Shown: in pieces, positions 9,852 through 17,967 of the stretch
How positions within the stretch are numbered: the first letter of the stretch is position 1
Layout: each line of letters begins with the position of its first letter
Assembly: GCA_041946735.1 (NCBI GenBank)
Contig: JBHGAY010000001.1
Coordinates: forward strand, 224,001 to 288,000
DNA from: Candidatus Eiseniibacteriota bacterium
GTDB lineage: Bacteria; Eisenbacteria; RBG-16-71-46; CAIMUX01; VGJL01
DNA length: 64,000 nucleotides
Direction: 5' to 3'
Notes under the pieces: model-generated
Databases searched by the model: none
What the model was told of the DNA's origin: nothing
The model's input: the letters and a program-made list of their open reading frames with translations, nothing else
Translations under genes and position numbers: made by a program

Positions 9852-10046
9852 TCAGAAGAAAAGAGACGGCGAGCTCGGGCAGGCGCGAAGCATGAAAAGC
9901 GTTGCGGCGGCGGCCGCGCCAAGGACGAGGAGCAGCAGGCCCACGAGCGCGAACGCAGAGATCCGCGGCCGGGAGACGCGAGACAGGACGAACGGCACCC
10001 GGTCGCGAACCCCGGCCGGGGACTCGCGGCGGAGCTCAGCGCCCAT
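9852..10046 (-). CDS. Small single-pass membrane protein, 64 aa (last gene of the EPS operon)
   Basis: Hydrophobic stretch AFALVGLLLLVLGAAAAATLFML; start overlaps the stop of the upstream small ORF by 11 nt. Confidence 0.5.
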   Translation of the reverse strand: MGAELRRESPAGVRDRVPFVLSRVSRPRISAFALVGLLLLVLGAAAAATLFMLRACPSSPSLFF

Positions 10047-10269
10047 CGCGGTCTCCGGCCGGCGCTCCGTCCGTCCCGGTCGCCGCCTGCCGCCGATCCG
10101 GAACGTAACGACGGAAGAAGACGATCCCGTTCAGCTCCTGCTTCGGGAAGTTGCGGTTCGGCCGCCGGCGGTCGCGCAACTTGTACGCCGCGTACGAGCC
10201 AACGGCGAGGACGATCGAAGCGATCGTCGCAACCAGGATCGCCATCGAGAAAAAGCCCATCGCGTTCAT
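10036..10269 (-). CDS. Small single-pass membrane protein, 77 aa
   Basis: GGAGG RBS before MNAMGFFSMAILVATIASIVLAVGSYAAYKLRDRRRP; TM helix followed by a basic cytoplasmic tail. Confidence 0.7.
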   Translation of the reverse strand: MNAMGFFSMAILVATIASIVLAVGSYAAYKLRDRRRPNRNFPKQELNGIVFFRRYVPDRRQAATGTDGAPAGDRDGR

Positions 10270-10327
10270 CGTCGTCCTCCGGGGCGACGCTCCCGCGCGC
10301 CGCCGGTGCGGGTCCCCCAAGCGAGCT

Positions 10328-11635
10328 TCAGATCCGCCCCCGGCGCTCGAGCTTCCCCCATCCCATCTCGACAGAAAGGGTCTCCTCGACGAGCGCGCCG
10401 ACGCGGCACACGTCGAGGCAGAGCGTGAAGAAGAGTCGGTAGGGGATCGCGTAGGGAACGAGGCGCAGATCCTCCTCCTCGGCGACGACGCAGAAGAGGC
10501 CGGCGACGAGATCGAGGACCGTGAGCTGCAACCACCAGAGCAGCAGCAGGCCACCCGACTGGTAGGCGCTCGCCATGTAGAGCAGCCAGACCTGAGCCAT
10601 GAGGTTGACGAGAGGCCACAGGAGGCCCTCGAAGAGCAGGTGGAGAATCGAAAGCGAAAGCAGCGCGTTGTCGCATCGGATCGCGGGGCGCACCCGCTTC
10701 TTCACCGCCTGCAGCAGGCCGCGCGACCAGCGGTAGCGCTGCTGGAACAGGTCCCGCATTCCCTCCGGGGCTTCCGTGAAAGCGATCGCGTTCGGCTCGT
10801 AGCGCACCCGCCAGCCCCGCTCGAGGATCTTGAGCGTCAGGTCGGCGTCCTCCGCATACGTATCCTCGGAGTATCCGCCCGCCTCGCGCAGCACCCGCCG
10901 CCGGAACATTCCGAAAGGCCCGGGAATGATCGCCACCGAGCGGAAGAACGCTTGCGCGCGCCGCGACATGTTCAGCCCCTCGACGTACTCGAGCGCCTGC
11001 AGCCGCGTCAGGAGGTTCCGCCGGTTCGCAACCTTCACGTTTCCCGCGACGGCGCCGACCTTCGGGTCGCCGAAATGACGCACCGCGGCTCTCAGGCTTC
11101 CTGGCTCGATCCTGGAGTCCCCATCGACGCAGAGGATCAGGTCCTCGTGCGCGGCGGAGATGCCGAGATTCAATGCGCTCGCCTTCCCGCCGTTCGCTTT
11201 GTGCAGCACCCGCACGCGGGTGCCGGAATAGCGTCCCTCCATCGCGCTCGCGCGCAGGAACGTGTCGTCGGTCGAGCCGTCGTCGATCACGAGAATCTCG
11301 AAGCTCGGATAGTCCAGCTCGAGGAGCGATCGGATCGATGCCTGGATCGTCACCGACTCGTTGAATGCGGGCACGAGGATGCTCACCGGCGGCAGCGCCT
11401 GGCACTCCGGCTCCGCCCCCCCCTCGATCCCGTCGAGGTAGGCGAACCACATGAGGATGAAGTGCCGGAGGATCAACACGCAGAGGAAACCGAAGAAGAA
11501 CGCGCCCGCGCCGCGGGTCCAAGCGGGAAGCGCCGGCAGCGGCTGGCGAAAGAGGATGCCGGCCAGAGCGAAACCGAGCGCGACGAAGAAGCCGGCGAGG
11601 AGGACGAGGAGCAGGAAGTAGCGCACTCTCCTCAC
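10328..11635 (-). CDS. Processive GT2 glycosyltransferase (PgaC/IcaA-like polysaccharide synthase)
   Basis: ILVPAFNE, DDGSTD, KANGGKASALN, VDGD (DxD), AED and QQRYRW (QxxRW); 2 N-terminal and about 3 C-terminal TM helices; no PilZ domain. Confidence 0.92.
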   Translation of the reverse strand: MRRVRYFLLLVLLAGFFVALGFALAGILFRQPLPALPAWTRGAGAFFFGFLCVLILRHFILMWFAYLDGIEGGAEPECQALPPVSILVPAFNESVTIQASIRSLLELDYPSFEILVIDDGSTDDTFLRASAMEGRYSGTRVRVLHKANGGKASALNLGISAAHEDLILCVDGDSRIEPGSLRAAVRHFGDPKVGAVAGNVKVANRRNLLTRLQALEYVEGLNMSRRAQAFFRSVAIIPGPFGMFRRRVLREAGGYSEDTYAEDADLTLKILERGWRVRYEPNAIAFTEAPEGMRDLFQQRYRWSRGLLQAVKKRVRPAIRCDNALLSLSILHLLFEGLLWPLVNLMAQVWLLYMASAYQSGGLLLLWWLQLTVLDLVAGLFCVVAEEEDLRLVPYAIPYRLFFTLCLDVCRVGALVEETLSVEMGWGKLERRGRI

Positions 11636-11638
11636 CGG

Positions 11639-13042
11639 CTAATGTCTCCACTCCAGCGCGAGCCGCACGCTCCGCGATTCGTAGCGGGAGATCCGGCGGG
11701 TCGCCGAGATCTCGCCGGTCGCCACCGCGTCGAGCGAAGAGGCGATCGGAGCGCGGAAAGCGAGCTTGCCACCGCCTGCCTCGCCGGACCCCGTCCTGTT
11801 TCCGACGGCGCCGAACCATCCCGACGCGTCGAGGGAGAAGAAGGCCGGGAGCGGAGGCGAGAGATGGATCCAGGCCGCGGCGGTCCATTCGTCCCTGGGC
11901 GCGTAGTAGAGAGAGGAGCCGCGCGAGTAGCCGGTCCACTGGGCGGCGAGAGCGGCGCGCAGAGGCCCCGCAAGCTTCGCGTCGAGCGCAACGTCGCTCG
12001 AGCGGAAGGCGTTTTCGTCGTCCCAGCTTCCCGCGCGCAGGCGCATGTAGAGGCCGGCGCGGGGCGAGAAGGAGAGGTAGCCGGAGAGGCTGCCGTCGAC
12101 CCCTCGCAGGCCCGCCTCCTCCGCCGCAACGCTCTTCAGCTCGTAGCCGCGATCCGCGAAGGCGGCGGCGGCCTGGAGCGAGGCTCGCGCGAGCGGGCGA
12201 GATCGGAAGACAGCGCGAAGGCGCGGGCAGGCGCCGTCCGCCGAGCCGGCGCCCGGAATCGAGACGCCCGCCTCGAACGCGATGGAAGACCGGGGTCCTG
12301 TCGCGATCTCGGTCCCGGCCTGCAGCAACTGCCTCTCCGTCTCGCTCGCGCTCTCTCCCGCGCTCTCTCCCGGCCCAGGCGCGCCGGCTCCATCACGCGT
12401 GAGGCGTTCGCTTCCCGCCGTGATCGTCCACGCGGTGGCCGGCCCCGTGTCGAGCCGCCCGTGGATCGCGAAGGCGCGAGCGCTCACTTCTCCGGAGTCC
12501 TCGAAGAAGTCGACGCTCGCGCGCACGGCCGGATCGCATTCGCGGGCGAGCGACCGTTCGAGAGAGCGCAGATCCTCGTCCTCCGGGTCGAGGCGGCGCA
12601 GGCGACGGACCGACTCGAGCGCCTCGCCCGACCGTCCCGCCCAGCGCAACGCGTTCGTTCGCGCGCGCAGCACCGCCCGGTCCGCGGGCGACTGCCGGAG
12701 CAGATCCTCGTAGAGGGGGATCGCGGCGTCGGGATCCCCTGACCATGCGAGGGCGTTGGCGAGATCGAGGCGCGTGGCGCGGTCTTCTGGATGGCGCACG
12801 AGCCGATTGCGGAACACGGGGATCGCGATCTCCTCGTTGCCCGCCCAGTGTTCGGCGCGCGCGGCGGCCAGGAGGCTGTCCTCAGGGGAACCGACGGCGT
12901 GCGACGGCTGTGCTCCGCGCGCCGGAGAAGCAAGAAGAAGCGAGAGAGCGGCGAGCGCCGCAGCTACGGTGGCATGACGGGTGCGGCCGCGCGCCGGGCG
13001 GCCCGTGACGCGAGCCGGCCGCGCCACGGCGCCCTGCCTCAT
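11639..13042 (-). CDS. TPR-containing outer-membrane beta-barrel exporter (PgaA/BcsC-like architecture), 467 aa
   Basis: Signal peptide; TPRs ('RLDLANALAWSGDPDAAIPLYEDLL', 'ALRWAGRSGEAL'); amphipathic beta-strand C-half ending 'VRLALEWRH'. ATGA overlap with the upstream gene. Confidence 0.72.
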   Translation of the reverse strand: MRQGAVARPARVTGRPARGRTRHATVAAALAALSLLLASPARGAQPSHAVGSPEDSLLAAARAEHWAGNEEIAIPVFRNRLVRHPEDRATRLDLANALAWSGDPDAAIPLYEDLLRQSPADRAVLRARTNALRWAGRSGEALESVRRLRRLDPEDEDLRSLERSLARECDPAVRASVDFFEDSGEVSARAFAIHGRLDTGPATAWTITAGSERLTRDGAGAPGPGESAGESASETERQLLQAGTEIATGPRSSIAFEAGVSIPGAGSADGACPRLRAVFRSRPLARASLQAAAAFADRGYELKSVAAEEAGLRGVDGSLSGYLSFSPRAGLYMRLRAGSWDDENAFRSSDVALDAKLAGPLRAALAAQWTGYSRGSSLYYAPRDEWTAAAWIHLSPPLPAFFSLDASGWFGAVGNRTGSGEAGGGKLAFRAPIASSLDAVATGEISATRRISRYESRSVRLALEWRH

Positions 13043-14703
13043 GGCGCGACCGCCAGGCGGCGTGTCCCATACGCGGCGAAGCCCGGATACCGGAAGAGGT
13101 CGAATTCCGGCTCCCGGGCGCGCCGCATCACCTCGTCGGGATCGGCGAACGGCACCCCATCGATCGGCTCGACGACGTCGTAGGAGCAGCGGATGTGCGG
13201 CGGCTCCCCGTCCTGCGGCCGCGGCCATTCACGACGCAGCCGGGCGATGAAGCCGAGCGTCCCCTCGATGGTCTCCGCATGCAGCACGACGAGCGCCTCG
13301 CCTGGACAAGGGAAGGTCAGCAGGTCGTCCGGGCGGCTCAAGCACTCGAGATCCGCCGGGATCGAGGCTGGCGTGTCGGACGACGGATCCCACAGGAGCC
13401 GGACCACGCCGAGGCTCCGGGCGAAGGCCCGGGCGTCTTCGCACGCGCTCTGCAAGTGCGTGCGGAACTCTTCCGGCGGCAGCGCTCGGACGCGGGCGAG
13501 CGACAGGAGATCTTCGACGTCGGCCGCCGGCGGAGCGGCCGGCGCGACGAAGAGGCGGCTTGCGTTGCGCACCTTCTCGATCACTTCGCGCAGCTCGAAG
13601 GGCTTCGAGATGAAGTCGTTGCCCCCGAGTGACAGTCCTCGGACGCGTTCGTTGCGATCCTGAATCCCGGAGACGAAGAGGATCGGCTGGTGGAAGCCCG
13701 AGCCGCGGAGGGCGCGGCAGACGTCGAAGCCGCTGAGCTTCGGAAGCTGGACGTCCAGCAGGATCACGTCCGGGGCTTCGCGGACCGTGCGGGTCAGCGC
13801 CTCCACTCCGTCCTCGGCCATCAGCAGGTCGAACTCGCTGCGCAACGCCTTGCGCAGGAGCGAGCGGATGAAGGGGTCGTCGTCGGCGAGCAGCACGCGC
13901 TTGCGCGGGTGCGGCACGGCCGGCGGCCCGGCCGGCCCGCCGCTGGAACGCGGGGCGGAGACTTGCGACGCGCTGGCGCTCGCGCGAGATGTCGAAGCGT
14001 CCCTCTCGCCATCCGCGGTGACGCGCGTCTCGACCAGCCCGGCTCCCGGCACGATCTGGAACGGGATCTTTCGCATCCGGTCCGACGGCTGGCGGAGCTT
14101 GTGGATGAAGAGTCGCTTCGAGGACTCGAGACTCTCGACCTCGTCCTGCAGCTCGAAGATGCCCTGGCAGATGTCGGAGAAGACCCGGTACAGGGACGGA
14201 TGGCCTTGCGTCGCGCCGCGATCGTTGAGGAACAGGGGGGTCCATCCCCATTCGGCCAGCGTCTCCGTGAGATAGCGGAGGTCGTAGCGGAGCCGTCCCT
14301 CCTCGGTGCTGCCTCCGAAGAGGGGATGGATCGGATCGAAGACGATCCGGCGATACGCCGCTTCGGCGCGAAGCTCGGCGAGAGGTTCGAGGAAGCGCTT
14401 CCACCCGTAACGCATCAGCCGGCTTGTCACGTCCTGGTCGTACTCGAGCAGGCAGAGGTCGCCCCGCTCGACGGCCGGGTAGGGATCGAGCGCCAGGCTG
14501 GCTGCCTGCGCGAGGAGGTCGGCCGGGCGCTCGATCGTCATCAGGATCGCCGGCTCCTTCGAGCCTCCTCCGAGCGCGTACTGCAGGCCGAGCAAGGTCT
14601 TGCCGGTCCCCGCCTCGCCGAAGACCAGGTATGGCTTGCCCCGGAAGAACCCTCCGATGTGATCGTCCAGCAGACCGATTCCCGTGCGAAACGTCCCGTC
14701 CAT
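13039..14703 (-). CDS. KaiC/RAD55-like ATPase - receiver - degenerate GGDEF fusion, 554 aa
   Basis: TGIGLLD, GEAGTGKT (Walker A), RIVFDP and HKLR; receiver ADDD/ILLDVQLP/VSG/SKPF; C-terminal RPDD-x5-CPGEA. Confidence 0.88.
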   Translation of the reverse strand: MDGTFRTGIGLLDDHIGGFFRGKPYLVFGEAGTGKTLLGLQYALGGGSKEPAILMTIERPADLLAQAASLALDPYPAVERGDLCLLEYDQDVTSRLMRYGWKRFLEPLAELRAEAAYRRIVFDPIHPLFGGSTEEGRLRYDLRYLTETLAEWGWTPLFLNDRGATQGHPSLYRVFSDICQGIFELQDEVESLESSKRLFIHKLRQPSDRMRKIPFQIVPGAGLVETRVTADGERDASTSRASASASQVSAPRSSGGPAGPPAVPHPRKRVLLADDDPFIRSLLRKALRSEFDLLMAEDGVEALTRTVREAPDVILLDVQLPKLSGFDVCRALRGSGFHQPILFVSGIQDRNERVRGLSLGGNDFISKPFELREVIEKVRNASRLFVAPAAPPAADVEDLLSLARVRALPPEEFRTHLQSACEDARAFARSLGVVRLLWDPSSDTPASIPADLECLSRPDDLLTFPCPGEALVVLHAETIEGTLGFIARLRREWPRPQDGEPPHIRCSYDVVEPIDGVPFADPDEVMRRAREPEFDLFRYPGFAAYGTRRLAVAP

Positions 14704-14976
14704 CGCCCTGCTCAGCCTCCCTGTCGACTTGCCGTTCCACGGTCCGGAGATACACCGCGTCATCTCCCTATCGGACGACGCGGCTGTTCCCTCCAGCATT
14801 CGGCGAGTTCCTGGAAGCGCCCGATTGGCGCGGGAAAGGGTCGCTCCGGTCATTAGCCAGCGCGCCATCAGGCATCACGATTGATCGCTCGGCGCTCCTG
14901 CGGGGCCGGTGCGATGATCGTTGCTCCGGAACGACTGTGCCTGGGTCGCAACCGATTGGCCGCATCGAGGTGAACC

Positions 14977-17679
14977 ATGACTCGCTGGATGCCTGCCGCC
15001 GGCCGCGGCCGCCTGGGAGCAGTCTCGCTCGCCATCGCGGCCACCTTGGTATGTGGGATCGAGGGAGTGGTTGCGCGCGCCCCGATCCGGCAATCCTTCT
15101 TCAACGCCTATCCGTCCGCCGTCGGGAGCCGCCTCGACAACCTGCCGAGCATTCAAGGGCACTGCGGCGTCTGTCATTACCAGTTCACGGGGGCCGGCCC
15201 GCGCAATCCGTATGGACAGAGGATCGAAGGGCTGCTCGGCAGCTACCCGAACAACGACGCCGGTCGCCAGCGCCTCATGCACGACATCGAGAACGAGGAT
15301 GCCGACGCGGACGGCTACGCCCAGATCACGGAGATCACCGACCTGATCCACTACGGCAACACTCCGACGTTCCCGGGCTTGACCCCCTCGAACGTAGGCC
15401 AGGTGAGCGGCGTGAACGCACAGGACATTCTGGCCTTCCTCGTCCCGGCAGTGGGCGGAGACGTTCAGGCGCCTACCGTGAATGTGATCTCCCCCAACGG
15501 AGGAGAAAGCTGGCAGGGAGGGACGCAGCACACGATCGCGTGGACCGCCACGGACGACGTCGGAGTCATTTCGATCGACGTCTTCTATCGCGCGACCGAC
15601 GCCGAGCCGTGGACGCCGCTCGCGCTGTCGATCGCGAATGCGGGAACCCTTCCATGGTTCGTGCACAACACGCCTGGATCACGCGCGCTCGTTCTCATCA
15701 AGGCGCGCGACGCCGCCGGCAACGTTGGGCAGGACCTGAGCAACGCCTTCTTCACGATCACCCGCGAGACGGGGTCGACCGCCCCGACGACGCTGCGTGA
15801 CTTCGAGATGCCAGGGACGCACCCGCTCCAGGCCACGGGGCTGCAGGACCGCTCCGGGTGCTCAGGCTGCCACGGAGGGTATGATCCTGCCGTCGAACCG
15901 GAGTTCGTGCAGAAGGGGAGCATGATGGCGCAGGCGATGCGCGATCCGCTCTACTTCGCGACGCTGGTCGTCGCCGAGCAGGATGCGTCGTCCTCCGGCG
16001 ACCTCTGCCTACGCTGCCACACTCCGCTCGGTTGGCTGTCCGGACGAAGCAATCCCACCGACGGCAGCCAACTTACCGCGTTCGATCGCGACGGCGTGAC
16101 CTGCGACTTCTGTCACCGGGGCGTCGACCCGAGTTACGTCTCGGGGCAGTCTCCCTCGGTCGATCTGGAGATTCTCGCTGGTCTCGATGCGGTCCCACCC
16201 GGCTACTCGAACGGAATGTACGTGATCGATCCGCAAGCGCGCCGGCGCGGGCCGTTCGCGGACGTCGTCGCCCCGCATCCATTCCTCGTCTCGCCGTTCC
16301 ACGTCTCCAGCAACTTCTGCGGGACCTGCCACGACGTCTCCAATCCGGTCTTCGAGAAGGTGGCGCAGGGGGATTACGCCCCGGGGCCGCTCGACCAGCC
16401 ACCGGAGACGATCCTCTCCTCGGTGACGCTGCCGGTCGAGCGAACCTACAGCGAGTGGCTCCACAGCGAATTCCCGGGCGGCGTCTACGCTCCGGAGTTC
16501 GCGGGAAACAAGCCGGGCGGATATGTGTCGACCTGCCAGGACTGCCACATGCGCGACGTGAACGGCAAGGGGGCGAACGATCCCAACGCGCCGATCCGTC
16601 CGAACCTCCCGCTCCACGATCAGACGGGAGGCAACTCCTGGGTGCCGACGATCCTCGACGAGATCTATCCGAACGAGGTCGATCCGGCGGCGCAGGCGGC
16701 AGCTTCCGCGCGGGCCGTCTCGATGCTCCAGCTCGCTGCCCTGCTCGATCTCACCGTGACCCAGACGCAGCAAGGGCTTCAGGCCGATTGCCTCGTCACG
16801 AACCGGGCCGGCCACAAGCTGCCGACGGGATACCCCGAGGGACGCAGGATGTGGATCCAGATCCGTGCGTACGACGGGTTCGGTCAATTGGTGTACCAGT
16901 CGGGGGCCTACGATCCCGCGACCGGCGTGTTGATCCAGGACGCGGACGCCGTCGTCTACGAGGCCAAGCCGGGGCTTTCCGGATCCTGGGCAGGGGCGCT
17001 CGGGCTCCCAGCCGGACCTTCCTTCCACTTCGCGCTGAACGACTCGATCTACAAGGACAACCGGATCCCGCCGCGCGGCTTCACGAACGCAGGCTACGCG
17101 ACGTTCGGCGGCGAGCCGGTCGATCCGCACCACGAAGGGCCGGGGCCTCGCTACGCGGACGGGCAGAACTTCGACGTCGCCAGCTACCTTCTGCCCGCCT
17201 CCGCGCGCAAGATCGTCGCGACTCTCTTCTACCAGACGGCGTCGAAGGAGTACGTCGAGTTCCTGCGGGACGAGAACGTGACCGACGACAAGGGCCTGCT
17301 GATGTACAGCCTGTGGCAGAACAATGGAAGGTGCGCTCCGGTGATGATGGTCCGCGACAGCGTCCTCTACGTTCCCGGGGCGGCCGAGGACGGATCGATC
17401 GCCGGGCGGCGTCTCGAGATCGAGGCGTTCCCGAGTCCGTTTACCGACGGGCTGTCGATCCGTATGAACATTCCGCGTCCGCGCGAGCTCAAGGCGGAGA
17501 TCTTCGATCTTCAGGGGCGCCTGGTCTTCCGCCGCGCCTGGCCGCCCATCACCGGAGCGCTCTCGCTCCACTGGGACGGACGGGATGGCGCTGGACGCCC
17601 GGTCGCGCCCGGGATCTATTGGCTCCGCGTGGAATCGGGCGGGCAGGCGCAGACGAAGCGATTGGTCCGCATCTCCTGA
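14977..17679 (+). CDS. Secreted multiheme c-type cytochrome (6 CxxCH) with Ig-like domain and FlgD-Ig/T9SS-like tail
   Basis: CGVCH, CSGCH, CLRCH, CDFCH, CGTCH and CQDCH; AGHKLPTGYPEGRRMW; VISPNGGESW Ig-like domain; tail 'FDLQGRLV...WDGRDGAGRPVAPGIYW'. Confidence 0.9.
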   Translation: MTRWMPAAGRGRLGAVSLAIAATLVCGIEGVVARAPIRQSFFNAYPSAVGSRLDNLPSIQGHCGVCHYQFTGAGPRNPYGQRIEGLLGSYPNNDAGRQRLMHDIENEDADADGYAQITEITDLIHYGNTPTFPGLTPSNVGQVSGVNAQDILAFLVPAVGGDVQAPTVNVISPNGGESWQGGTQHTIAWTATDDVGVISIDVFYRATDAEPWTPLALSIANAGTLPWFVHNTPGSRALVLIKARDAAGNVGQDLSNAFFTITRETGSTAPTTLRDFEMPGTHPLQATGLQDRSGCSGCHGGYDPAVEPEFVQKGSMMAQAMRDPLYFATLVVAEQDASSSGDLCLRCHTPLGWLSGRSNPTDGSQLTAFDRDGVTCDFCHRGVDPSYVSGQSPSVDLEILAGLDAVPPGYSNGMYVIDPQARRRGPFADVVAPHPFLVSPFHVSSNFCGTCHDVSNPVFEKVAQGDYAPGPLDQPPETILSSVTLPVERTYSEWLHSEFPGGVYAPEFAGNKPGGYVSTCQDCHMRDVNGKGANDPNAPIRPNLPLHDQTGGNSWVPTILDEIYPNEVDPAAQAAASARAVSMLQLAALLDLTVTQTQQGLQADCLVTNRAGHKLPTGYPEGRRMWIQIRAYDGFGQLVYQSGAYDPATGVLIQDADAVVYEAKPGLSGSWAGALGLPAGPSFHFALNDSIYKDNRIPPRGFTNAGYATFGGEPVDPHHEGPGPRYADGQNFDVASYLLPASARKIVATLFYQTASKEYVEFLRDENVTDDKGLLMYSLWQNNGRCAPVMMVRDSVLYVPGAAEDGSIAGRRLEIEAFPSPFTDGLSIRMNIPRPRELKAEIFDLQGRLVFRRAWPPITGALSLHWDGRDGAGRPVAPGIYWLRVESGGQAQTKRLVRIS

Positions 17680-17967
17680 GCCGAGCGCGCCCGCGGCCCT
17701 CGCCGCCCGCAGGCAGCCGCCCGCCCAAGGCAGTCGCCCTCCCTGCCGCCCGCAGGCCCATCGGCCGAGCCGGGCGGCGGGGACGGACGGGCAGAACGCG
17801 AATCCGCGTTGACAACCGACAGGCGCCGGATCAGATTCTTCCTGCCGAACGTTTCTCCGTAGGGACGACGGCAGGGCGCCTTGCGCGACCGTGCTCCCCA
17901 TCTCCCTTCCGCCCCGCCGGGATCGCCCCGCGAACGCGATCGTCGTGGTCTCTCGGAGGGTGGAAAC

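Noticed and set aside
13039..14703. Circadian clock KaiC
   Set aside because: Single ATPase domain fused to REC, no kaiB/kaiA nearby, and an EPS operon context.
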